Assembly: GCA_017548925.1 (NCBI GenBank)
Contig: JAFYYX010000001.1
Coordinates: forward strand, 959,767 to 1,023,766
Length of the DNA: 64,000 nucleotides
Origin: Bacilli bacterium
GTDB taxonomy: Bacteria > Bacillota_I > Bacilli_A > RF39 > UBA660
Reading direction: 5' to 3'
Shown: one piece after another, positions 26,168-34,279 of the stretch
Layout of the letters: each line of letters starts with the position of its first letter
Position numbering within the stretch: position 1 is the first letter of the stretch
Program-made: the position numbers and the translations under genes
The notes under the pieces: generated by a model
Told to the model about the DNA's origin: nothing
The model's input: only the letters and a program-made list of their open reading frames with translations
Databases searched by the model: none

Positions 26168-28072
26168 TTAAATATTCTTATTCTTTTCTCTTTTTCTTGC
26201 CATGTCACTTTTTTTATCAACTTCAACAAGATTTTGAACCTTACGAATTAGATTATTAAACTCAATTACTTCTTCAGGAGTTTTTTTAGCATCATACTTA
26301 GAAACTAAGAAACCAATTTCATCAGTATTTAATCTATATAATGCACGGTGTAGTTCAGATATACTTACGCCAATATATTTTGATACACCAATTAATCTTG
26401 TTTTAAAATCATTTTTATTAGTTTCTTTTTCCTCTTCTGCAGGATTTTCTTTTCTCTTTTTAAGTTTTTCATAATCACACTTAATGCAAGTTGAGGTTGG
26501 ACCTAGTTGTTTAATTGGAACTGACCATTTTCTGCCGCAATTCATACACTCTAAATAATACTTACCAGATGGACGATGAAATTCTACTACTCTTATATGA
26601 AGATTATTATATTTAACAAAAATTTCAAAATCTTTTTGTTTTTTATTAATAACATCTTGATCATAAATAGGAATTAATTTTGTTTCATCTTCTTCTTTTC
26701 TATGTGTAACACCTATTCTTCTAACTTCCTTAGCTTCAATTTGTCTAATTCTTTCTCGAGAAATACCAAAATATTTACCTGTTTCTTCAAGAGTAAGAGG
26801 ATCAGATCCTAAATGTCTTAACTCCATAACTTTAATAGTTCTTGCTCTTTTTTCTGGTGTTTGCTTTGACGATTTATCTCTTTTATCTTCTTCATAAATC
26901 ATGTCAACTATTCTTTTGCCTTCATCTTTTCTAATGACATAATCTTCAACAGATTCATAACCAGGTTCAACTAAAAAGTCACCTAGTGTTGCATCAGGAT
27001 CATCACTATCAACAGGTTTATCAAGTGATACTAAATCCTGACTTATTTTTAAGTATTCTTTAATTTTACTTGCATCAACACCTAGTTCTTGAGCAAGTTC
27101 ATCATATGTTGCTTCACGAGATAGTTTATTTGCAAGTTTATACTGTGCTTTTTTAATTTCATTTATTGCATCAACTACATAATCAGGCAGTGATATAGTT
27201 CTACTTTGTTCTTTAATTGCTCTTGTTATTGCTTGTCTTATCCACCATGTAATATATGTAGAAAACTTAAACCCTTTTTCTACTTTAAACCTATCAACAT
27301 TTTTTGTTAATCCAAGATTACCTTCTTGTATTAACTCAATTAATGGAAGACCTCTATTTTGATATTTTTTAGCAATAGATACAACTAATCTTAAATTGTG
27401 CTCAATAATATAATTATATTTATCAGAATTATCTTCTTCTAATTTTTTTATACTTTCATCTATTTTAGATATTTCCTCTTCTTCACTACCATGATTTAAA
27501 ACTAATTGTTGTTTTTGTTTTTCTAAATTAGAAATAATTTCTTTGTTTTGATTAATTTTAATAAAATATTCTCTTATTTCTGGTTCATCTAAAATAGGAA
27601 TTTTTCCAATTAATTTTAAATAATCTTTAACAATATCAGATGAACTAGAAGAACTATAATCTTCATCATTAACTTCTTCCATTGATGATGAAGATGTATA
27701 TGTCTCCATAACTTTATTTATAAGTTCATTATCAAGATCAATAGATTCACATTCATCAAAATATTTTGAAGTAGTTTTAGATAATGTTTTAATACATGAA
27801 TTATCTAATTCAATATTATGTTTATTAATTAATTTATTAAAATAATCAAAAGCCTTTTCAGGGCCTTTATTATGTGAATATTGTTTAAATAATTTAATAA
27901 AATTACCTTCATTTATTTCTTCACAAACAAGTCTTTCAACATCATCTATACTGCATGTATTAGCATCACCAAAAGCAATTAAAAGTCTATTTTGGAAGGT
28001 AGTTGTCCCGCCGAAAATAAAACCAATTTCAGAATATAAATCCTTAAGTTGTTTACTATATTCAGAAGACAT
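26168..28072 (-). CDS. RpoD-like sigma-70 family factor with a ~215-aa N-terminal domain and a ~165-aa C-terminal extension containing a zinc-ribbon-like motif
   Basis: Region 2: EHNLRLVVSIAKKYQNRGLPLIELIQEGNLGLTKNVDRFKVEKGFKFSTYITWWIRQAITRAI. Region 4.2: [28 protein letters not shown]. This is followed by CMNCGRKW-N17-CIKCDYE and a further helical tail. Confidence 0.85.
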   Translation of the reverse strand: MSSEYSKQLKDLYSEIGFIFGGTTTFQNRLLIAFGDANTCSIDDVERLVCEEINEGNFIKLFKQYSHNKGPEKAFDYFNKLINKHNIELDNSCIKTLSKTTSKYFDECESIDLDNELINKVMETYTSSSSMEEVNDEDYSSSSSSDIVKDYLKLIGKIPILDEPEIREYFIKINQNKEIISNLEKQKQQLVLNHGSEEEEISKIDESIKKLEEDNSDKYNYIIEHNLRLVVSIAKKYQNRGLPLIELIQEGNLGLTKNVDRFKVEKGFKFSTYITWWIRQAITRAIKEQSRTISLPDYVVDAINEIKKAQYKLANKLSREATYDELAQELGVDASKIKEYLKISQDLVSLDKPVDSDDPDATLGDFLVEPGYESVEDYVIRKDEGKRIVDMIYEEDKRDKSSKQTPEKRARTIKVMELRHLGSDPLTLEETGKYFGISRERIRQIEAKEVRRIGVTHRKEEDETKLIPIYDQDVINKKQKDFEIFVKYNNLHIRVVEFHRPSGKYYLECMNCGRKWSVPIKQLGPTSTCIKCDYEKLKKRKENPAEEEKETNKNDFKTRLIGVSKYIGVSISELHRALYRLNTDEIGFLVSKYDAKKTPEEVIEFNNLIRKVQNLVEVDKKSDMARKREKNKNI

Positions 28073-28139
28073 ATTATCACTTCCTAATTTGCTTGTTATT
28101 ATAACATAATATATGTTTTTATCAAGAAAAAACAGAAGA

Positions 28140-29753
28140 CTAAATTTCTTCTGTATCTCCTACTAATCTCTTAATTCCTCTTTTTCTACTAAAGCCATAA
28201 TCTTTATGGTTAGGACACTTTTGTTCTGGGCAAAAATATAAATAAGGTATAGAGCTTGTTAAATAGTTTCTTTTTTTATTACATGCTAAGCATGTTACTG
28301 TTACCATATGACTATTAAAAGCTTTAGCTCTAAGTGATGTATTATTAAAAGTATTTCTTTGATTAAAAGCCTCAATAATTTCATCAGAAGTTCTGGTTTC
28401 TCCAGACATTATTCTATTTCTTTCATCTTCAACAGCGGAATACTTAGCATGTATTTTTCTGATAGCTTTAGCTTCTATTTGTCTAATTCTTTCACGTGTT
28501 AAGCCATAAATTTTACCAACAGCTTCTAAAGTATATGGATTTCCATCAGTAAGTCCTGCTCTTAGCATCAATACCTTTTTTTCTCTATCAGTAAGAATTC
28601 CTAAATATTTTTTTATTGCTCTTACTAGTTCTTTATGTTCAGCCAGATTTTCAACAGGTTCAGCATCTTCATCAGTTAAAAAATTTAATAATGGGTCACA
28701 GTCATTATCACTTTTATATTCACTACCATTATCAACATCCTTATCAATAGACATTGTATCAGGTAAACCATCCATGTATCTTATATAATCAACAGTAAAG
28801 CCAGTAATTTGTGATATATCTTCATAAGATGCATCTTTATTATATTTACCCATATATTTAATTCTAGCTTGTCTAATTTTTTCTACATCCTCAACAGTAT
28901 GAACAGGAATACGAATAGTTTTACCTTCATCAGCAAGTCCTCTTGTAACAGCTTGTTTAATCCACCATGTTGCATAAGTTGATAATTTATATCCTAATTC
29001 ATAATCAAATTTATCAACTGCTGTTATTAAACCTTGATTACCAAATTGAATTAAATCAAGTAATGGTAAACCTCTATTCATATATTTTTTTGCAACTGAT
29101 ACAGGTAATCTTAAATTATGTTCAATAATCTCATTTTTAATAGCGTTTCGTTCTTCCTCAGTTGTTGCTTTACTTAATCTTTTAAATGCTTCTTTTTCTT
29201 CATCAATAATTATGGTATTACCTTCCTTATCAATTTTTTTAATCACTTTATATAAAGGTATTTTACCTATTTCTTTTAAATACATTTTAACTGCATCATC
29301 AACATAAACATCAGTATCGCTAATATTATATATATTTTCAAAAATAAGATTAAAGAAATCATTATCAAGTAATTTATCAGTATATTTAACACTATCATTT
29401 ACAGTTTGATTAATACGTTCTTTTATTTTTATACATAAATTTTTAACTCTTTCATCTCTAGATATTAATTCAATATCATTATATAAAAGAGTAAGATCTG
29501 CTTTATCAATAATTTTTTTAAAATATATAAATGAATCTCTTACTGAATATTTACTGGAAAATCTATCAAAAATTCCATAAAAAGAACCATTTTTAATATT
29601 ACTTATTATAATGTCAATAAAGAAATTATCATCAAGTTTTGTAACATCTTCAACATTATTTATAGCACTATAAAAATCTGCTTCATTCAAAAAGATAAAG
29701 TCATATTTATAATCAAATTTATTGATAATTTTGTTTCTCTTGTCGTTACTCAT
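28140..29753 (-). CDS. second RpoD-like sigma-70 family factor, paralogous architecture with a Cys-containing C-terminal extension
   Basis: Region 2: [63 protein letters not shown]. Region 4.2: [28 protein letters not shown]. Tail carries [17 protein letters not shown]. Confidence 0.85.
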   Translation of the reverse strand: MSNDKRNKIINKFDYKYDFIFLNEADFYSAINNVEDVTKLDDNFFIDIIISNIKNGSFYGIFDRFSSKYSVRDSFIYFKKIIDKADLTLLYNDIELISRDERVKNLCIKIKERINQTVNDSVKYTDKLLDNDFFNLIFENIYNISDTDVYVDDAVKMYLKEIGKIPLYKVIKKIDKEGNTIIIDEEKEAFKRLSKATTEEERNAIKNEIIEHNLRLPVSVAKKYMNRGLPLLDLIQFGNQGLITAVDKFDYELGYKLSTYATWWIKQAVTRGLADEGKTIRIPVHTVEDVEKIRQARIKYMGKYNKDASYEDISQITGFTVDYIRYMDGLPDTMSIDKDVDNGSEYKSDNDCDPLLNFLTDEDAEPVENLAEHKELVRAIKKYLGILTDREKKVLMLRAGLTDGNPYTLEAVGKIYGLTRERIRQIEAKAIRKIHAKYSAVEDERNRIMSGETRTSDEIIEAFNQRNTFNNTSLRAKAFNSHMVTVTCLACNKKRNYLTSSIPYLYFCPEQKCPNHKDYGFSRKRGIKRLVGDTEEI

Positions 29754-29864
29754 ATTAATGCCTCGATTCGAATATAGAAGGTATTATATCATTTAATCAA
29801 AAAAAATTAAATAAAAATAAAAATAATTATTTACATATTTAAAAATATATGATAAATTGTAGGT

Positions 29865-30244
29865 AATCATATAATACAGTGTATATACTTTTTATGTATA
29901 CACCACTATTATATGGTTACCGTAATTATATAATCTAATAAATTATATAGTTACATTTTAAAACCATGTGGTACACAACTAATATTTAATAATTAAGTTA
30001 ACAATTATTAAATATGGAACTGGTACACTTATAGTTATGATTAATTTGCCAAAACAGATTACTTATAATTATGATCAAAACCTAGGTCAGTTTTATATTT
30101 AATAGTCTAATTATTTGTATTAGTCTCACTATAGCCACATACAAAACCGTGAATAGCAAATTGTGAGTAATGGTATGTCAAAACCTATTTAGTGTAATCA
30201 TTTATTTTTAAAGGTCGCTCCTTTATTTATAAGTGTATATTCAC
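29865..30244 (+). ncRNA. candidate structured RNA (~380-400 nt), or a long structured leader of the sigma gene if transcribed on the other strand
   Basis: Plus-strand promoter-like TTTACA (29830-29835) -N17- TAAATT. Then a series of long hairpins: GGTAATCATATAAT..ATTATATGGTTACC enclosing GTGTATA..TATACAC, GTAATTATATAAT-N7-ATTATATAGTTAC, ATATTTAATAATT-N8-AATTATTAAATAT, CTCAC..GTGAG and AAAGG-N5-CCTTT. It ends at the 30245-30277 terminator. No ORF and no known family recognised. Strand is uncertain. Confidence 0.3.
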
Positions 30245-30277
30245 AAAAAAAATCAACCTGACCGGTTGATTTTTTTT
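30245..30277. terminator. bidirectional rho-independent terminator
   Basis: AAAAAAA-ATCAACC-TGACC-GGTTGAT-TTTTTTT, directly downstream of the M15 peptidase gene (minus strand) and at the end of the candidate plus-strand RNA. Confidence 0.8.
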
Positions 30278-30281
30278 GTTA

Positions 30282-31472
30282 TTATTCACTATATTTACTA
30301 GTAATACCTAAATATGATTCTAGAGTAATCCAGTTACCGTTATTATATAGTTTAGATGCTATATCTTTTCCAACATATCTATAATGCCATGATTCAAATT
30401 TATAACCTGTTTCATTTGTTTTACCACTAGGATACCTAAGAATAAATCCATATTTATAAGCATTATCACTAAGCCACTTAGCAGTATCAGTATTATTAAA
30501 ACCACTATTAATGCATGGTATCTTTTTATCTTTATTACATATATCTATTGCAAGACCAGTTTGATGTTCAGAGTGTCCAGGTCTAGCTGAATACGTATCA
30601 GCTTTAGTTTTTCCATCTCTTTTAACATAATTATTATATATAGTATTTTGAGTTTTATAAGATCTATAGCCTGATCCTATTCTAAGTGGGTAACCTGCTT
30701 CAGTTGCTGCTTTATTCATTTCTTTAAAAGCACTATTTGTAGCACTTGTTAAACCACTACCATAAGTAGAAGATAGATTATAAGTTTTATTAGCAATTAG
30801 TATTCCACCAATATATGTTGCTCCACCTTTATTTACTATCTTATAACCTTTTGATGTTACTCCTTGAGTTCCATTTTCAACTGGTGGAGCAACATATACT
30901 TCTTTTTTCTTAACAGTAAATGTTATTATATGTGATAAGCTATTACCACTTTTATCTGTTGCAGTATAAGTAACTTTATATGTGCCTTCTTTCGATGTAT
31001 CAACATTTCCATCAATTTTTATATCTACATCTTTATCATAATTATCAGTAACTTTAATATAAGAATTTAAATCTATTTTTGATCCAGTATATATTGTTAT
31101 TTTATCTTTAGCAGTAATTACAGGTGCTTCATCATCTATTACATTTACTTTAATATAGTAGTAGTGTCCTATTTTAAATCTATCTATAACATAATAAGTT
31201 AATTCTTTTTCACCTATAGTACTTGTAACAATATTAATATATTTAATCTTAACGTTTTTATATTCTTTAATATAATCTTCAGGATTAACGTTTTCATTTA
31301 CTTTAACAGTTATTTCTTTAGTAGTAAGTTTAAAAGTATATTTATAATAATTTTTATATTCTTTATAAACAAAAAAAGAACTTATACCAATAAGTATTAA
31401 TAAAGTAAATAAAACAATAACTAATGTTATTATTGTTTTTTTATTAGATTCCTTTTTAGTTCTTTTTTTCAT
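30282..31472 (-). CDS. membrane-anchored M15B (VanY-type) D-alanyl-D-alanine carboxypeptidase with an Ig-like domain
   Basis: N-terminal TM helix. DDEAPVITAKD..TYKVTYTATDKSGN is a DUF5011/Ig-like segment. C-terminal SGYRSYKTQ..ARPGHSEHQTGLAIDI..ESWHYRYVG are the VanY/M15 zinc-site motifs. Confidence 0.85.
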   Translation of the reverse strand: MKKRTKKESNKKTIITLVIVLFTLLILIGISSFFVYKEYKNYYKYTFKLTTKEITVKVNENVNPEDYIKEYKNVKIKYINIVTSTIGEKELTYYVIDRFKIGHYYYIKVNVIDDEAPVITAKDKITIYTGSKIDLNSYIKVTDNYDKDVDIKIDGNVDTSKEGTYKVTYTATDKSGNSLSHIITFTVKKKEVYVAPPVENGTQGVTSKGYKIVNKGGATYIGGILIANKTYNLSSTYGSGLTSATNSAFKEMNKAATEAGYPLRIGSGYRSYKTQNTIYNNYVKRDGKTKADTYSARPGHSEHQTGLAIDICNKDKKIPCINSGFNNTDTAKWLSDNAYKYGFILRYPSGKTNETGYKFESWHYRYVGKDIASKLYNNGNWITLESYLGITSKYSE

Positions 31473-31538
31473 ACTACTTCACTTCGTTTATTAGTATACT
31501 ACAAAATAAAAAAGTTTTGACATGTTTTGTCGAAAGCA

Positions 31539-31566
31539 TTGAAAAATAAATGTATATAAATATAAT
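31539..31566 (+). promoter_or_regulatory. sigma-A-like promoter for the small plus-strand transcript
   Basis: TTGAAA (31539-31544), 16-nt spacer, TATAAT (31561-31566). A second TTGACA lies at 31517-31522. Confidence 0.4.
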
Positions 31567-31671
31567 AACTAATCGTTACTTAAGAGGGTTGTGCCTAATT
31601 CATTTTTATTTTCTAAGTGCTTCGTAGTACTGGTATATCAGGGGGTATATTTTTAGAAGGAAGTGGAGATT

Positions 31672-31740
31672 ATGAGAAGGGACCTTATGTTTTGGATCAT
31701 TGAAATTCTGTTAATTTTAATAATACTAAAGTTAATATAA
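31672..31740 (+). CDS. 22-codon hydrophobic small ORF (MRRDLMFWIIEILLILIILKLI), type I toxin-like
   Basis: Hand-found (below the ORF-track cutoff). AGAAGGAAGTGGAG Shine-Dalgarno-like stretch immediately upstream. Charged N-terminus followed by a single hydrophobic helix. Flanked by a promoter and stem-loops, and lies opposite to all neighbouring genes. Confidence 0.3.
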   Translation: MRRDLMFWIIEILLILIILKLI

Positions 31741-31742
31741 AA

Positions 31743-31770
31743 AGTATCTCACCTAAACCGGTGAGATACT
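31743..31770 (-). terminator. stem-loop with a U-run on the minus strand, abutting the 3' end of the small ORF
   Basis: AGTATCTCACC-TAAACC-GGTGAGATACT. On the minus strand it is followed by TTTTTAT. It could terminate the 31852-33022 operon or an antisense RNA. Confidence 0.55.
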
Positions 31771-31779
31771 GAAAAACCC

Positions 31780-31817
31780 GTAGGCACCACCCACACTGGG
31801 TAACGCTTACATTTTTA
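31780..31817. terminator. composite hairpin usable as a terminator on either strand
   Basis: GTAGGC-ACC-ACCCA-CAC-TGGGT-AAC-GCTTAC followed by ATTTTTA on the plus strand. On the minus strand the same hairpin is followed by GGGTTTTTC. Confidence 0.45.
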
Positions 31818-31851
31818 TTATAACATCAAATATCAAAAAAAGAAGATTAAA

Positions 31852-32130
31852 CTAATCTTCTTTTTTCTTTTTATCATAACTTTTAAATGGATGACATATT
31901 TTCCATTTAATTCTTCTTTTAAATATATCCATAAATGTGTTATAAATTTCATCTGCTCTTTCCTCTGAAACATTTAACTTTTCCATAAAACCATTAATCA
32001 TTTTAGCTTTATTTTTTCTACCAAAAAGTGATGTTTCTTCAACAATATTATTTATAATAACACAGTCATTTTCTGAACAATTTAGTCTTTCTTTAAGTTC
32101 TACTAAAAGTGCAGTTTTATTATTTTTCAC
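31852..32130 (-). CDS. hypothetical protein (92 aa)
   Basis: ORF track. Overlaps the upstream XRE-family gene by 11 nt, so probably co-transcribed. Confidence 0.45.
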   Translation of the reverse strand: MKNNKTALLVELKERLNCSENDCVIINNIVEETSLFGRKNKAKMINGFMEKLNVSEERADEIYNTFMDIFKRRIKWKICHPFKSYDKKKKED

Positions 32131-33022
32131 TATACATTACTCCTTTAGAATCAAGTTGTATTTCATAACCATATTTAAAGATGTAAGCAAGTACTAATAA
32201 TATTAAACTAAATAAATATGAGAATAAACTTACTTCAATACTTAAATTCATACTAAATATTAACTCTGCTATAGCCCCTGTTACATCAGGCACTAATACA
32301 AATAAGAATGAATATAAAGCAAGTTTTTTAATGTAGTTAACATTATCCATATTAAATGGTGTATTACTATCATGAATATTTTTAAATAATTTAGATAAAT
32401 AACTAAATAATTTAAATGAAATAAAACATACAGCTGTAATAGTTAAGAATGCAAATTCAACTAAAGCAAGTCTTTTCTTATTAGTCATATGAATAAATTT
32501 TTTCATTTCTTTTGCTTCATCTTTATCATGACGAGTTACAACATCACCATCAATAACTAGTTTTTCATCTGTTAATTCATAGCTTATTTTCTTATCAAAT
32601 ACTTTTATAGTATTATTCATTTTATCAATAGTAGTATTTGGAATAACTATAGCTCCTCCTATTACTAATAATAAAGAAAATACTATAGCAATAATACTAA
32701 ATACTTTAGCAATATTACTTACTATATAAAGTACCTTAGTAAAACCTTTCATTTTCTTTTGTTCATTTTCTTTAAACTTAACAACACTCATCTTAATTTC
32801 TTCATCTAATGAATTAAATTCTGGCATTGATTCATGAACTAAATTATTAATCTTACATTTAAATATGTCACATAAGCACATTATATTAAACATAGATGGA
32901 TAATTTTCTCCAGTTTCCCATTTAGATACACTTTGTCTTGATACCCCTAGTCTTTCTGCAAGTTCCTCCTGTGAAATATTTTTAGATTTTCTAATTTGTT
33001 TTAAATTTTCTCCAAACTTCAT
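32120..33022 (-). CDS. XRE-family helix-turn-helix regulator fused to a multi-pass membrane domain (DUF2975-like)
   Basis: MKFGENLKQIRKSKNISQEELAERLGVSRQSVSKWETGENYPS is a classic Cro/C1 HTH, followed by four hydrophobic helices. Start is set at 33022 after AAAGGAGAGAA (the ORF track extends 84 nt further). Confidence 0.8.
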   Translation of the reverse strand: MKFGENLKQIRKSKNISQEELAERLGVSRQSVSKWETGENYPSMFNIMCLCDIFKCKINNLVHESMPEFNSLDEEIKMSVVKFKENEQKKMKGFTKVLYIVSNIAKVFSIIAIVFSLLLVIGGAIVIPNTTIDKMNNTIKVFDKKISYELTDEKLVIDGDVVTRHDKDEAKEMKKFIHMTNKKRLALVEFAFLTITAVCFISFKLFSYLSKLFKNIHDSNTPFNMDNVNYIKKLALYSFLFVLVPDVTGAIAELIFSMNLSIEVSLFSYLFSLILLVLAYIFKYGYEIQLDSKGVMYSEK

Positions 33023-33172
33023 TAGATTTTCTCTCCTTTCATGCCTTAAGTATATTAAAATAAACAAAAGGTAAACACCAACTTTTAAGTGCTTATGAAT
33101 ATGCACTTAATTATTTACATTATATAACGATTGTGCTATTCTATAAAGCAATAATTTTTGGGGGTTATATTT

Positions 33173-34279
33173 ATGAAAATGATGTATGATAAACAAGTAT
33201 TCATAAATGAAATGTGCAAATTTATTGATAATTATATAAATGCATGCAATGAAAACTATGTTGAGCAAAAAGTTGAACATGGATTAATTGAAAGATGCAT
33301 ATTAGATAATCATGATGATAACGATATAAGAGAGTTCTTAAAAAAAACTATATATAATGGATTAGATTTAATAGATAAAATGGTAGCAAAGTCAAAGGAA
33401 TCAGAAGAATATAAGAACTATCAAATTTTAAATTTTATATATTCTTATAATCACTATTTTAAACCTTACGTAATCAAATTAAGAAAGATTCAAGATATTA
33501 CCGGATATCATGGGGATTTTAAAGACATAAAAATCATGATAGATTTAATAAATAAATTGAATTATTTATATAACGAAAATATATTTTATGATGCCGTATT
33601 AATAAGAGAACTAATTGATTATTTAAGATATTTAGATGCAAGCAGAGGATGCATGTCTGCAGCGCCTCAAGAAAAACCACTTCTAAATGATGAAATAATA
33701 AATTATCTTAAAACTAATTCCGAAGAATATAGAAAAGATCATAGATTTGAACTAATATATAATCAAGCATACTATCGTCAAGAACCTGACCTAGATTATG
33801 AAACAAAAAAAAGTTACAAAAAAATGTTAGTTGGTAATATAGGTGAACAACTAATGCTTTGTGAATTACAAAAAATATATAATGTATATTACTGTGCTAA
33901 AGATATCGGTGACTATGTTGGATATGATTTATATTATTACGATACTAACGAAAAGAAAGAGAAACTAATAGAAGTAAAAGCAACTTCTACTATCTCATAT
34001 AATGATGAAATAGATGACTTTAATATTGGAATAACAGAACTTCCAAAATTAAGATCTTGTATTAATGATCCAAAAGCAGATTATATAATAAAACGTGTAT
34101 TTATTACATTTGACTCTAACGGTATAAAAGAATATAAAACTGTTGAAATAATAGCAAAGGATGAAAATACTTTGATAGATGAAAATGGTAATATATATAC
34201 ACTATACACAGATAAAAAAGGTAAATCACATTTTAAATGTGAAAACATAACAAGAAAAAACAAATTAGTGAGAAACTAA
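33173..34279 (+). CDS. DUF3883-like (PD-(D/E)xK nuclease-fold) domain protein
   Basis: The C-terminal half (VGNIGEQLMLCELQKIY..VGYDLYYYD..KLIEVKATS) fits the G.GE...E / GYD / IEVK(A/T)T pattern of DUF3883. Start ATG at 33173 follows a GGGGG RBS. Confidence 0.5.
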   Translation: MKMMYDKQVFINEMCKFIDNYINACNENYVEQKVEHGLIERCILDNHDDNDIREFLKKTIYNGLDLIDKMVAKSKESEEYKNYQILNFIYSYNHYFKPYVIKLRKIQDITGYHGDFKDIKIMIDLINKLNYLYNENIFYDAVLIRELIDYLRYLDASRGCMSAAPQEKPLLNDEIINYLKTNSEEYRKDHRFELIYNQAYYRQEPDLDYETKKSYKKMLVGNIGEQLMLCELQKIYNVYYCAKDIGDYVGYDLYYYDTNEKKEKLIEVKATSTISYNDEIDDFNIGITELPKLRSCINDPKADYIIKRVFITFDSNGIKEYKTVEIIAKDENTLIDENGNIYTLYTDKKGKSHFKCENITRKNKLVRN

